DNA of 64,000 nt from assembly GCA_017306865.1 (NCBI GenBank), contig JAFKHH010000017.1, positions 35,453 to 99,452 of the forward strand. The letters are read 5' to 3'. A model generated the notes under the pieces. The model made no database searches and was not told the origin of the DNA. It was given only the letters and a program-made list of their open reading frames with translations. The stretch comes from Filimonas sp. Its GTDB lineage: Bacteria; Bacteroidota; Bacteroidia; Chitinophagales; Chitinophagaceae. Positions 29,855-39,489 of this stretch are shown here, in pieces. A program made the translations under genes and the position numbers. Position 1 is the first letter of the stretch. Every line of letters starts with the position of its first letter.

Positions 29855-29927
29855 GGTGTTTTGGCAGAGATGGTCTATGCACCGGACTGAAAATCCGGCA
29901 AAGAAGGTTCGAATCCTTTGGACACCA
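29855..29927 (+). tRNA. tRNA-Phe (anticodon GAA)
   Basis: Acceptor ggtgttt/ggacacc (two G-U pairs), anticodon stem ccgga/tccgg with loop ctgaaaa, T-arm gaagg-ttcgaat-ccttt. Confidence 0.65.
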
Positions 29928-29955
29928 CTATGCAGAATTATAAAACATAAATGCT

Positions 29956-30438
29956 ATGGAACAGCAACAATGGAGAAAACTGAATGGTGAAAGAATTCAC
30001 ATTCCTATTACCGAAGAGATCAGTAATACATTGGCACATGAAATAAGCATGGGCCATTCATTAAAAGTTTGTATAGGCACTGACAGTCAGGTGAAAGGAA
30101 GAGAAACTGAATTTGCAACCGTTATTGTTTTCATCCGCAAAGGCAAAGGAGGTTTTATGTACATACGCAATGAAACCTCTAAACAGAAGATGCACATCAA
30201 ACAAAGGATGTTGATAGAAGTAAGCAAAAGCATAGAGGTATCTTATGCGCTGTGCAACATATTCTCACGCTATGGTGTGGATATGGAGGTGCATGCTGAC
30301 ATCAACACCAACCCCAACTTTAAAAGCAACGATGCGTTGAAAGAGGCTATGGGATTTATTGTGGGAATGGGCTTCGCCTTCAAAGCAAAACCAGAAGCAT
30401 TTGCAAGCTCAAGCTGCGCAAATAAGGTGGTGCAATAG
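29956..30438 (+). CDS. hypothetical protein, possibly RNase H-like fold (YkuK/DUF458-like). Only 28 nt downstream of tRNA-Phe with no terminator between, so probably co-transcribed with the tRNA array.
   Basis: 160-aa ORF. KVCIGTDSQ followed by a beta-hairpin (ETEFATVIVFIRKGKGGFMYI) and a later EVHADIN segment resemble an RNase H-like catalytic core. The family assignment is from memory and is uncertain. Confidence 0.5.
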   Translation: MEQQQWRKLNGERIHIPITEEISNTLAHEISMGHSLKVCIGTDSQVKGRETEFATVIVFIRKGKGGFMYIRNETSKQKMHIKQRMLIEVSKSIEVSYALCNIFSRYGVDMEVHADINTNPNFKSNDALKEAMGFIVGMGFAFKAKPEAFASSSCANKVVQ

Positions 30439-30466
30439 TGAGTGGTGAGGTGTCAGTTGTGAGTAC
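30438..30466. repeat. repeat family 3 copy
   Basis: agtgagtggtgaggtgtcagttgtgagta, compared with 8643-8668. Confidence 0.55.
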
Positions 30467-30985
30467 AGTAAAATAATTTGAACAATATTTTTACTACGCA
30501 AGTATGCTGCGCACTTTGTTTTGAGGTTTGCATTATCAAATTAAAAAAAGAAGTTCTTTTAAAATACTACAACAACCTGAAAGGATATAGCCATCAAGCT
30601 AACCGGTGAGTGAAGAAGATCGAAGCAATATTTTTCACCACATAGAAGCATAAGGTACATAGGCACATAGGATAAGTTGATGTCCATTAATAATGGCAAT
30701 GACCGATTCACTCAAGAGAACATAGATCACATAGGAGACCGCTTTTCGATCTCTGCGTCTTCTTTGCGGTCTCTGCGATACCAGGTTCGCCTGGGGCAAA
30801 TGAAATATCTGAAGTTGCTGGTTATGCCCTGAAAGGTTTAGTTCAAAAGCTTGCTTGACGGCAAGATGGAATTTGTCACATTATCAGCAAACCGGATGTG
30901 TGTTTTTAAAAGCACCATAGTGCAGCGGTAGTAACTGGCTGTATGCTGTTGCGGCAGTGTGAAATTTCCACCATAGGATCTGTGG

Positions 30986-31013
30986 GTCGGGGGTTCAATT
31001 CCCTCATGGGCCG
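30986..31013 (+). other. isolated tRNA 3-prime-half-like fragment (T-arm ggggg-ttcaatt-ccctc plus acceptor 3-prime strand atgggcc). No matching 5-prime half.
   Basis: No canonical D-arm, anticodon arm or acceptor partner could be found upstream. Confidence 0.35.
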
Positions 31014-31016
31014 GAT

Positions 31017-31080
31017 GGCTCATTAGCTCAGTTGGTAGAGCAACAGATTTGTCTTGTAGGTTCGAGTCCTACTTCTTCAC
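31017..31080 (+). pseudogene. degenerate tRNA-like sequence (Lys/Thr-like 5-prime half ggctcattagctcagttggtagagc plus T-arm gtagg-ttcgagt-cctac). The anticodon arm is truncated by about 8 nt and the acceptor does not close.
   Basis: The 5-prime acceptor ggctcat would pair with the atgggcc located upstream at 31006-31012 rather than with its own 3-prime end. Confidence 0.35.
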
Positions 31081-31450
31081 CAAAGGAAGAATGGCGTAAA
31101 TGGTAAACGCAAAGCACTTGTAATGCTTCGACTGAAAATCGAAAGAAGTCGTCTCTTCTATAAAAAAGGCACCTAAACCTTAGAGAAAGGGTTGCTTTTT
31201 AGCACAAAGCATATTTCTTAATAGATATTCTATTAACCAATGTGTGGCGTGCAGCTTATTCGCGGCTAGCATATTATCATTCTTGCTAAGCAGTCATTCA
31301 CTTTTCCCTGCCAAGATCAGCAATGATCAAAGTAAGACTAAACTGAATCTCTCAATAGCAACAAACATAATATCCGCAGCGGGTAAGTAAAAAGCAACCC
31401 ACCCTTTAAGCAACCAACAACTATTATAATACAGATGTAAAAACACAACA

Positions 31451-32551
31451 ATGAAAAACGTAAGAATAAACGCATACCAGGCTGGCCTGGTATTTAAAAA
31501 CGGCGTTTATCAGCGAATGCTGAAAGAAGGTAAATACTGGTTTTGGGGAAATGAGACAGTGCAACTGTACGATGTTACCAAACCGTTTGTACCTACAATT
31601 GAATTAAACATTTTATTGAAAGATAGCGAGCTTGCTGAGGCGTTGCAGGTAGTGGATATAAAGGACAACGAGATCGTATTACAATACGAAAATGGTTTAC
31701 TGAAACAGGTATTGACTGCCGGAAGATATGCTTACTGGAAAGGCATAATACAATATGGCTTTGTACGCGCTGACCTTGGCAAGATAGAGATTACCGAACC
31801 AATAGACCGCAATACTTTGCTGAGCAAGTGGGTTGCACCGTTTGTAAGAAGCGTAAGCGTTGCTGAATACGAAAAAGCCATCTTATTTATTGACGGCAAG
31901 TACAACGGTGTATTAGAAAACGGCATTTACTACTGGTGGAAAAACAACACTACAGTACATGTGGGCAAAGCAGATATGCGTCAGCAGCAACTGGAAATAA
32001 ATGGCCAGGAGATACTGACCAAAGACAAAGCTGCATTGCGTATTAATGCCTGGGCACAATACAAAGTAACTGATATAGAAAAAGCATTGTTGCAAAACAA
32101 AGAGTATGACAAACAGTTGTATGTAGCTTTTCAGTTGGCGTTGCGTGAGTACATTGCAGGTTTTGGTTTTGATGAATTACTGGAAAAGAAAGATGCCATT
32201 GCGCCATTTGTATTACAACATGTGCTGCAAACAGCAACCATGTTAGGCGTAGAAGTATTGGGCTTTGGCATCAGGGATATTATTTTGCCAGGTGATGTAA
32301 AGGAGATAATGAACCAGGTACTGGTAGCAGAGAAAAAAGCACAGGCAAATACTATTATGCGCCGGGAGGAAACTGCTAGCACCCGTAGCTTGCTGAACAC
32401 TGCCAAACTGATGGAAGAAAATTCTATGTTATGGAAATTGAAAGAAATGGAATACGTGGAAAAAATAGCTGATAAGATCAGCAACATCAGCGTAAGCGGC
32501 AACGGAATGTTAATAGAACAGTTAAAAGACATCTTCATTCCTAAGAGATAA
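31451..32551 (+). CDS. SPFH/band-7 (stomatin/slipin-like) protein with an extra N-terminal domain
   Basis: SPFH core (ILTKDKAALRINAWAQYKVTD...VLGFGIRDIILPGDVKEIMNQVLVAEKKAQAN). Confidence 0.75.
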   Translation: MKNVRINAYQAGLVFKNGVYQRMLKEGKYWFWGNETVQLYDVTKPFVPTIELNILLKDSELAEALQVVDIKDNEIVLQYENGLLKQVLTAGRYAYWKGIIQYGFVRADLGKIEITEPIDRNTLLSKWVAPFVRSVSVAEYEKAILFIDGKYNGVLENGIYYWWKNNTTVHVGKADMRQQQLEINGQEILTKDKAALRINAWAQYKVTDIEKALLQNKEYDKQLYVAFQLALREYIAGFGFDELLEKKDAIAPFVLQHVLQTATMLGVEVLGFGIRDIILPGDVKEIMNQVLVAEKKAQANTIMRREETASTRSLLNTAKLMEENSMLWKLKEMEYVEKIADKISNISVSGNGMLIEQLKDIFIPKR

Positions 32552-32653
32552 CCTATAGAAAACAACCGGGATGGGCGTTTGCGCGCTCATCCTTTTTTAT
32601 TGATCTGTTTGAATGTTCCGATTTTTGTGCAAATTGCACTACAATTTCGATTT

Positions 32654-33130
32654 ATGCGTGGTTTGTTTGTATATAGGCTCCTTTCTATTGTAGTGAATAT
32701 GTTCAGTGCTTTCTTTGCATTTTTTCTGCCTTTAGGCCTTTTTGCGCTATTTATGAACCCATCTATGGGCATCACCATCTTCATTATGCTTTGCTTTGTA
32801 TTGTATGCCTGGTTTGCCAACCGCTTCTTAAGGCAGGTGATCATTAACCAGGAGACATTTACAAAAAGAAATAAAGACTGGTTACAGGTAAATGCGATCG
32901 TTGCATTTCTTGTTTCCGTGTTTTCCATTTGTTCCTCGGCATATCACATTACACATCCGGCCTCTCTGAAAGACCTGACGGATATGCTTACTGAAAATAA
33001 TATTCAGCAGTCAGCTCAACTGATCCGCAATTCCCTGATCATTTCTATCTGCATCAGCGCTGTTTTTGTCATCCATATTGTATGGACAATTGTGCTTGTA
33101 CGCTCTCACAAGGATCATATTATAGACTAG
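32654..33130 (+). CDS. hypothetical polytopic membrane protein downstream of the SPFH gene
   Basis: Four to five hydrophobic helices. Start trimmed to 32654. Confidence 0.5.
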   Translation: MRGLFVYRLLSIVVNMFSAFFAFFLPLGLFALFMNPSMGITIFIMLCFVLYAWFANRFLRQVIINQETFTKRNKDWLQVNAIVAFLVSVFSICSSAYHITHPASLKDLTDMLTENNIQQSAQLIRNSLIISICISAVFVIHIVWTIVLVRSHKDHIID

Positions 33131-33834
33131 GCAGCAAATGCGTTAGGATAGCGCTCTCGTGCCTGCGTATAAGTTGCTTTCCAGTAATGATACCCGGTTA
33201 ATTTAAATAGCAGAAAGAGTACAAATGATGCGCTTAGCAAATAATAATCTGTGAGCGAGAGCCTGTATTTCGGCTCAAGCCCTCCCATGAAAAAGACATA
33301 TAAATTGAAGAGTTGAAAAGAAAAGACCGGCGCTACAAAATAACTGCCACTCAACATTAGTAAGTTTTTAACCGGTTTTTTAAACAACTTGCGCGAACGA
33401 AGCGCCAGTATGCTCTCCGCTATTACAGCTAAAGCAAATACGATTATAATGCAACTGTTCAATTTTTCTAAGGGGAAGATGTTGCCTACCGTATAGATGA
33501 GTAAGGCTGCCACGCATACAATAAGCGCTTTGGGCCAGGTGAAATAAGAGAAAAACAACCGGCGGCGTGCGCGCATACCCCCTTTCATTACTTCCTGTGT
33601 TTTTGTTTTTACTACCTGTGCAAAGCCATTGTATCCGAAACCTATATATACCTGTTGCAACGCTTTTTCAAAAGACAATGAAGGGTCAGCCGTCAACTTA
33701 GCTTCTATCGCTTCCGCTAGATGGTCTACCAACTCACACTGCACATCGTAATCATGTACATAATGTTTTGCGCAAAACTTAAATAATGCGTTGATCTCTT
33801 CATTGTTCAATACATATGCCTGTGGCTTCAACAT
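33127..33834 (-). CDS. hypothetical membrane protein, partner of the PadR regulator
   Basis: Co-oriented immediately downstream of PadR. Several TM helices. Confidence 0.55.
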   Translation of the reverse strand: MLKPQAYVLNNEEINALFKFCAKHYVHDYDVQCELVDHLAEAIEAKLTADPSLSFEKALQQVYIGFGYNGFAQVVKTKTQEVMKGGMRARRRLFFSYFTWPKALIVCVAALLIYTVGNIFPLEKLNSCIIIVFALAVIAESILALRSRKLFKKPVKNLLMLSGSYFVAPVFSFQLFNLYVFFMGGLEPKYRLSLTDYYLLSASFVLFLLFKLTGYHYWKATYTQARERYPNAFAA

Positions 33835-33837
33835 AAT

Positions 33838-34215
33838 TTAAGCAGTTTTAGGTTTTAACAGCAGTTGCATTGTTTCCAGGAAAGTATTCAGTTCTTCTGC
33901 AGCAATTGCAGTTTGTTTCTTCCCGGCCTTGGTCAGCTTATAGTACTTACGCACCCGGTTCCCGATGTTTTCCATTTCCACTTCCAATGTGCCGGACGCC
34001 TCCAGTTTGTGCAGCAGCGGGTACAACGCGCCTTCCGTTATGTTCAGCTCTCCTTTTGTCAGCTCCTTCACTTTCTGTGTGATCTCATAACCATACATAC
34101 GGTTGTTGTCCTGCAGCAGTTGTAAAATGACCGGCTCCAAACATCCTTTATATAGTGATCGTTTGTCCATAGAACGAATATACCTAAATAAATTATGTAT
34201 CGATAAATTAGGCAT
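33838..34215 (-). CDS. PadR family transcriptional regulator
   Basis: LYKGCLEPVILQLL...MYGYEITQKVKELTKGELNITEGALYPLLHKLEASG is the PadR winged helix. Confidence 0.85.
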   Translation of the reverse strand: MPNLSIHNLFRYIRSMDKRSLYKGCLEPVILQLLQDNNRMYGYEITQKVKELTKGELNITEGALYPLLHKLEASGTLEVEMENIGNRVRKYYKLTKAGKKQTAIAAEELNTFLETMQLLLKPKTA

Positions 34216-34501
34216 AAAATTATTTGCCTAAATGGCCTTAGTTTTGCTAAATAAATTGGCAAAAAAGTTTCAAGGGTTTACAGGTTTCATTGTTTCAAAA
34301 ATGGGCAAGCTGAAAAGGGATATTTCAAATTTCCGCTTTGGTAAAAGCTCAATAGACATTCTATAGATGAACGGAGCGTCGCAACTACAGCTCAATCAAT
34401 GTTGTTATGTCCGCATCCGAGGGATTATCTTTTGAGCAAGCTACAACTGAGCAATGTCAAATGAAACAAGTTAAACCATTGAAACATTTAAACTTGATCT
34501 T

Positions 34502-35758
34502 ATGCAACCATTAGCAGAGCGTATGCGTCCTACCACGCTGGACGAATTGGTAGGCCAGGAACATTTGACGGGCAAGGGCAGCATACTTCGCAATGCAATT
34601 GACCAGGGTAATATCCCTTCCATGATCTTGTGGGGGCCGCCGGGCGTAGGCAAAACAACTATTGCCAATATTATTGCACATACACTACACACGCCTTTTT
34701 ACCAACTGAGTGCCATTAGCAGCGGCGTGAAGGAGGTGCGTGAGGTGATAGAGATAGCCAAACAACAATCACGCGCTATTTTATTTATAGATGAGATACA
34801 CCGCTTCAACAAAAGCCAGCAGGATGCATTGCTAGGAGCAGTAGAGAAAGGAACCATCACGCTGATAGGCGCTACTACCGAAAATCCATCGTTTGAGGTA
34901 AACGCAGCCTTACTTAGCCGTAGCCAGGTATATGTACTAAAGGCTTTAGCCCCGGAAAATTTAGTACAGTTACTACAGCAGGCAATAGAGAAAGATGAGT
35001 GGTTGCAGCAATTCGATATTGAGCTAAAGGAAACCAGTGCATTGATCAATATTTCCGGTGGTGATGCGAGAAAATTACTGAACTTATTTGAACTGGTGAT
35101 AACAGCAACTGGCACGTCTGAAATAGTGATTACAGATGACCTTGTAATGAATGTTGCACAGAAGCGGATTGCGCTGTATGATAAGCAGGGGGAACAACAT
35201 TATGATATTATTTCTGCATTTATTAAAAGTATGCGCGGCAGCGACCCTAATGGTGCAGTGTATTGGCTGGCAAGAATGATAGAGGGCGGAGAGGATGTAA
35301 AGTTCATTGCGCGCCGTATGCTCATTTTTGCAAGCGAGGACGTAGGCAACGCCAATCCCAATGCTTTGCTACTGGCCAATGCTACATTTGATGCAGTGGC
35401 AAAGATCGGCTACCCGGAGTCGCGCATTATATTATCCCAATGCGCTGTTTATCTTGCCACGAGCATTAAGAGCAATGCCTCGTATGCAGCAATTAATGAA
35501 GCTATTGCTGCTGTCAATAAATTGGGTGACCAGCCTGTGCCTTTACATATCCGCAACGCTCCTACCGGCCTGATGAAAAAGCTGGATTATGGCAAGGGTT
35601 ATAAATATGCACACTCTTTTGAAGGCAATTTTGCAGAACAGGAATACTTACCGGAAAAGCTTTCCGGCACTAAGTTCTACGATCCTGGGCAGAATGCACG
35701 TGAAGATGAGATCAGGAAATTTTTGAAGACGAGATGGAAGGATAAATATGGCTATTAA
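34502..35758 (+). CDS. rarA: replication-associated recombination protein A (AAA+ ATPase, MgsA/RarA)
   Basis: Walker A motif [13 protein letters not shown], plus MgsA C-terminal domains. Confidence 0.9.
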   Translation: MQPLAERMRPTTLDELVGQEHLTGKGSILRNAIDQGNIPSMILWGPPGVGKTTIANIIAHTLHTPFYQLSAISSGVKEVREVIEIAKQQSRAILFIDEIHRFNKSQQDALLGAVEKGTITLIGATTENPSFEVNAALLSRSQVYVLKALAPENLVQLLQQAIEKDEWLQQFDIELKETSALINISGGDARKLLNLFELVITATGTSEIVITDDLVMNVAQKRIALYDKQGEQHYDIISAFIKSMRGSDPNGAVYWLARMIEGGEDVKFIARRMLIFASEDVGNANPNALLLANATFDAVAKIGYPESRIILSQCAVYLATSIKSNASYAAINEAIAAVNKLGDQPVPLHIRNAPTGLMKKLDYGKGYKYAHSFEGNFAEQEYLPEKLSGTKFYDPGQNAREDEIRKFLKTRWKDKYGY

Positions 35759-35760
35759 TT

Positions 35761-35877
35761 ATGTACGATGTTAGATGTGTGATGTAATGCATTGTTACAG
35801 GTTACCAGCTAGCTAATAACCTGCAACTTTTAATAAACCGCTTTGAATATTTACGTCGTACATCTAACATCTTACAT
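35761..35877. mobile_element. MITE-like element, 117 bp with 25-bp terminal inverted repeats (family 2). The interior carries a gttacagg...cctgcaac motif related to the tRNA-array spacers.
   Basis: atgtacgatgttagatgtgtgatgt ... acgtcgtacatctaacatcttacat. Confidence 0.6.
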
Positions 35878-35917
35878 AAATCTGGCTTCCTTTTTGCCTA
35901 TTCCCACATAAAACCTC

Positions 35918-36670
35918 ATGAACAATTCTACTATGAAACGATTCAAAGTATTTGCCGTTGCTGCAACGGTCTTGTTTTTAACGGCCTGTAGCACATTGCA
36001 GCAGGTAGCTTCTGTTTTAGTTCCTTCCCAGTATGAAATGGCGGGCGGCCTGAAGGATGCACTTTCACAAGGTGTATTCAGGGGCATTGATGCATTTGCG
36101 GACCCGAATGGCAATCCACTTGTCCGGTTTGCTTTGCCCGGCGATGCTGCGAAAATTGAAAATGCGTTACAACAATGGGGATTAGACAAAACATTTAAGC
36201 AGGTAACACAAAAATATACCAATGCGATGGCTACGGCTGTAGTTGCGGCAAAGCCGATCTTTTTGAACTCTATCAAGAGCATGAGCATTAAAGATGCAGC
36301 GGGCATTTTGATTACAGACAATACGCACGCGGCTACAGATTATTTTAAAAATACAACAACAAGCAACCTGATGACAGCCTTCCGCCCTATTGTAGACAGT
36401 ACGGTGAAACTGCAAGGCGCAGACAAGGATTGGAAAAAGATCACATCCGTGTACAATGCTATTCCTTTTATCAGCAAACCATTGGAAGATAACTTAACGG
36501 ACTTTGTTGCAGCGCGTGCTATCGATGCTATGTTTGTAAGCATTGCCAATGAAGAAAAAAACATTCGGACCAATCTTTCTTTCCGTAAAACGGATATGAT
36601 GAAGAAGGTATTTGCATATGCTGATGACCAGATGAAGAAGAAAAATGTGCAGTATAATTTGAGTAAGTAA
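35918..36670 (+). CDS. secreted lipoprotein, DUF4197-like
   Basis: Signal peptide with lipobox (LTACS). The family assignment is from memory of DUF4197 proteins. Confidence 0.5.
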   Translation: MNNSTMKRFKVFAVAATVLFLTACSTLQQVASVLVPSQYEMAGGLKDALSQGVFRGIDAFADPNGNPLVRFALPGDAAKIENALQQWGLDKTFKQVTQKYTNAMATAVVAAKPIFLNSIKSMSIKDAAGILITDNTHAATDYFKNTTTSNLMTAFRPIVDSTVKLQGADKDWKKITSVYNAIPFISKPLEDNLTDFVAARAIDAMFVSIANEEKNIRTNLSFRKTDMMKKVFAYADDQMKKKNVQYNLSK

Positions 36671-36814
36671 ATTATTGGAATGGTTTAATTGTTGGGCTGT
36701 ACAATTGCAAAGCCTTTCATTATAGCGAAGAGGTTTAGTTTTTCAGATCGCTTTGAAATACTAAACCTCTTGCTTTTTGTTCCCGCAGCATTTCTCATTG
36801 TTACACGCTGCATT

Positions 36815-36900
36815 GTATCGCAAAGACCACAAAGAATACGCAGAGGGCGCAAAGAAAAACCATTCATATTACTTCCGCGATTTCCGTGTTTTCCACGAGC
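36815..36900. repeat. repeat family 4 copy (partial)
   Basis: tatcgcaaagaccacaaagaatacgcagagggcgcaaag...ccgcgatttccgtgttttccacgagc, compared with 60700-60812. Confidence 0.55.
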
Positions 36901-36935
36901 AAAACAATTCAACAATTGATCAAGTAAACAATGTA

Positions 36936-37784
36936 TCAATTCGCCACTACACTTTTCCTGTAATCAGAAGGATTTACGCCCTTATGTTTTTTGAACATCC
37001 TGTTCAGGTGGCTTTCATCCGTAAAATTCAGCTCATACGCGATTTCGCTTATGCGCATACTGCTGTGTTGCAGGCGCGTCTCTACCAGTCGCATTTTATA
37101 ATTGGTAATATACTGTTGCAATGTCTCACCGGTATGCTTTTTAAAGTATTCGCTCAGGTAGTTTAGCGAAATGCCAAATGTGTTACAGATTTGCTCTGCT
37201 CGCAACATATCAGGATTATAAATATGCTGATGCAGATAGCTTACCATTTTCAACGCAGTCTCATCTGTTCCTTTCTTCTTCAGCTTGTCAGGCACATTCC
37301 CGGCTATATTACGCGCCACAATAGTCAGCAGTGTATTTACTAACTGCTGTACCAGCTCATTGTGAAAAATAGCCTCATTCTCCTTTTCACGCAAAAGACT
37401 TTCTACAATGGAGTGAACCAATAATTTATCTGAATTGTTCTTCAGGATACAACCAGGTAAATGGCTGGCGTTGTGAAAGATAAATTCAAGCCGTTGTATC
37501 CAGTTGTAATTATCCTTTTCCCTCAGCGATTTCAGATACACATCATGAAAGCGAAGAAAAAAGAAAGAAGTTCTTGCCTCTATCTCGAACGAATGGCAAT
37601 CTTGTGGTGTTAGCAGGAAAAAATGGCCTTTATGGTAATCAAATTTATTCTTGTTAATACATTGCTTGCCTGTACCGTCCATTATATACGCCAGTTCAAA
37701 AAAGTTATGCTGATGTGCGCTGGGACAAGTGTCCGCTTCTTTATATACGATTTCGAACGGCTGATAAAGATTTTGTATGACCAT
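36936..37784 (-). CDS. AraC family transcriptional regulator (cupin-type sensor + HTH)
   Basis: C-terminal AraC HTH (ISEIAYELNFTDESHLNRMFKKHKGVNPSDYR). Confidence 0.85.
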   Translation of the reverse strand: MVIQNLYQPFEIVYKEADTCPSAHQHNFFELAYIMDGTGKQCINKNKFDYHKGHFFLLTPQDCHSFEIEARTSFFFLRFHDVYLKSLREKDNYNWIQRLEFIFHNASHLPGCILKNNSDKLLVHSIVESLLREKENEAIFHNELVQQLVNTLLTIVARNIAGNVPDKLKKKGTDETALKMVSYLHQHIYNPDMLRAEQICNTFGISLNYLSEYFKKHTGETLQQYITNYKMRLVETRLQHSSMRISEIAYELNFTDESHLNRMFKKHKGVNPSDYRKSVVAN

Positions 37785-37873
37785 CCAATAAAATTACAGA
37801 ACAAACCCAAAATAGTACAAGTACCGTTCCGCTGAAGAGCGCCAACTTTGTCATATTAACAAATTATACTTAA

Positions 37874-38815
37874 ATGAAAGCAATTATAACACGCGAATTT
37901 GGCACCGCGGACAGCCTGGAATTGACTACGTTACCCATACCATCCATTAAAGAAGACGAAGTACTGGTACAGGTAAAAGCTATCAGTATTAACCCGGTAG
38001 ATATAAAAACGGCAATTGGCAAAGGCATGTCCGGCCGCATTAAGGAATTTTTACCGGTAGTACTCGGATGGGACATTTCCGGTGTAGTTACGGAAGTGGG
38101 AAAAAATGTAACGGCCTTCAAAAAAGGGGATGCGGTTTTTGGTATGGTTAACTTCCCGGGACTGGGAAATGCCTATGCAGAATACGTGGCTGCCCCTGCC
38201 GGGCATTTAGCACTTAAGCCTTCCAACATTTCCCATGAAGCAGCAGCGGCGGCAACACTTGCAGCCCTGACTGCGTGGCAGGCATTTACGCAACAGGTGC
38301 AAGTAAAGGCCGGGCAAAAGATACTGATCCATGCAGCGGCAGGTGGTGTAGGGCATTATGCTGTACAGATTGCCAAGCATTTAGGCGCGTATGTAATAGG
38401 CACTTCTTCCGCAAAAAACAAGGACCTGGTACTTTCATTAGGTGCTGATGAACATATCGACTATACATCTGTTCACTTTGAAGATGCAGTAAAAGATGTA
38501 GATATCGTACTAGATGCAATTGGCGGAGAAAATGCAGCGCGCTCTGTAGATGTGGTAAAGCAAGGTGGAACCATTATCAGCATTCCTTCCGGTGTACCGG
38601 CAACAGGTGCAGATAAGGCGAAAGAAAAGGATGTCCATTTATTCTTCTTTCTCGTTTCATCCAGCGGCAAGGATATGCAGGAGATTGCAACACTGTTGGA
38701 ACAAGGAAAGCTGCGCTCGCATGTTTCCAGGATATTTCCATTTGAAGAAATGAAAGCAGCGCACGAGGTAATAGCGTCAGGAAGGGCACAAGGCAAAATC
38801 ATCATAACCATATAA
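37874..38815 (+). CDS. NADPH:quinone oxidoreductase / zinc-binding alcohol dehydrogenase family (MDR)
   Basis: GroES-like N-terminal domain and Rossmann motif (AAGGVGHYAVQIAKHLGA). Confidence 0.85.
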   Translation: MKAIITREFGTADSLELTTLPIPSIKEDEVLVQVKAISINPVDIKTAIGKGMSGRIKEFLPVVLGWDISGVVTEVGKNVTAFKKGDAVFGMVNFPGLGNAYAEYVAAPAGHLALKPSNISHEAAAAATLAALTAWQAFTQQVQVKAGQKILIHAAAGGVGHYAVQIAKHLGAYVIGTSSAKNKDLVLSLGADEHIDYTSVHFEDAVKDVDIVLDAIGGENAARSVDVVKQGGTIISIPSGVPATGADKAKEKDVHLFFFLVSSSGKDMQEIATLLEQGKLRSHVSRIFPFEEMKAAHEVIASGRAQGKIIITI

Positions 38816-38824
38816 ACCTTTTAC

Positions 38825-39232
38825 ATGAACCAAAATCAAAAGATCACTGCATTTTTATTAGCAAGGCTGGCTGCTGGCGTTAGCATGCTCGGTCACGGAT
38901 TAGTACGCCTTCCTAAGCTCACAGGCTTTAGCCAATGGATGCAGGATGTATTTAAAGACAGTATGCTCCCGGCGGTATTAGTTACGCCATTCAGTTATGC
39001 GTTGCCCATAATAGAGTTCATTTCCGGCCTGCTGCTCGTGCTTGGCTTATTTACCAGGTTTGCAGCCGTGTTGGGTGCAGCAGCTATGATAGCTTTATTG
39101 TTTGGCTCGTGTATGGTAGAGAAGTGGGATTGGATACCTCCACAACTGATCCATGTTGCTTTCTTTTGTACGCTGATCATTTATGAAAAAGAATACAACA
39201 GCTATGCATTGGACAAAGTAGTGAAGAAATAA
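38825..39232 (+). CDS. DoxX family membrane protein
   Basis: Four TM helices and the DoxX N-terminal signature (ARLAAGVSMLGHGLVRL). Confidence 0.75.
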   Translation: MNQNQKITAFLLARLAAGVSMLGHGLVRLPKLTGFSQWMQDVFKDSMLPAVLVTPFSYALPIIEFISGLLLVLGLFTRFAAVLGAAAMIALLFGSCMVEKWDWIPPQLIHVAFFCTLIIYEKEYNSYALDKVVKK

Positions 39233-39236
39233 TTGG

Positions 39237-39311
39237 AGATTTGAAATTTAAGATTTGAGATGGATTTAAGCGAACGTCGCAATAACCATTTCAAAGCCAA
39301 ATTTCAAATCA
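39237..39311. repeat. repeat family 1 copy
   Basis: gagatttgaaatttaagatttgagatgg ... catttcaaagccaaatttcaaatc. Confidence 0.6.
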
Positions 39312-39489
39312 CAATAAATAGTAAGACCTATAAGGTTTTTTAAACCTTATAGGTCTATGTTGATATTTTCAATCTCAATTATTAAATATTAACCAATTGT
39401 AGAGTGGACCACTTTTAAAGTAAATATTTCTTTAAAAGCTTACTTGCTGAAAGTGGTCCATTCTACAATTAAATCTCAAATCAACATAT

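Noticed and set aside
30560-31013. Possible tmRNA (ssrA), suggested by a tRNA-like T-arm/acceptor at the end of a long ORF-free stretch.
   Set aside because: There is no GGGGCTGA-type 5-prime end. There is no tag-reading-frame motif such as ...gcagcttaataa. The 3-prime acceptor strand atgggcc does not resemble the conserved tmRNA CAGCTCC-ACCA end.
30912-31013. tRNA-Sec (selC), suggested by the length and an AGCGGTAG-like D-loop.
   Set aside because: No TCA anticodon is placeable in a stem-loop, and no 8-bp acceptor stem can be formed.
27870-31450. Integrated mobile element with an integrase next to the tRNA array.
   Set aside because: No integrase, transposase or recombinase ORF is present in or near the region. 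Only the tRNA-like scars and the array itself hint at mobility, so it is reported as a hypothesis only.
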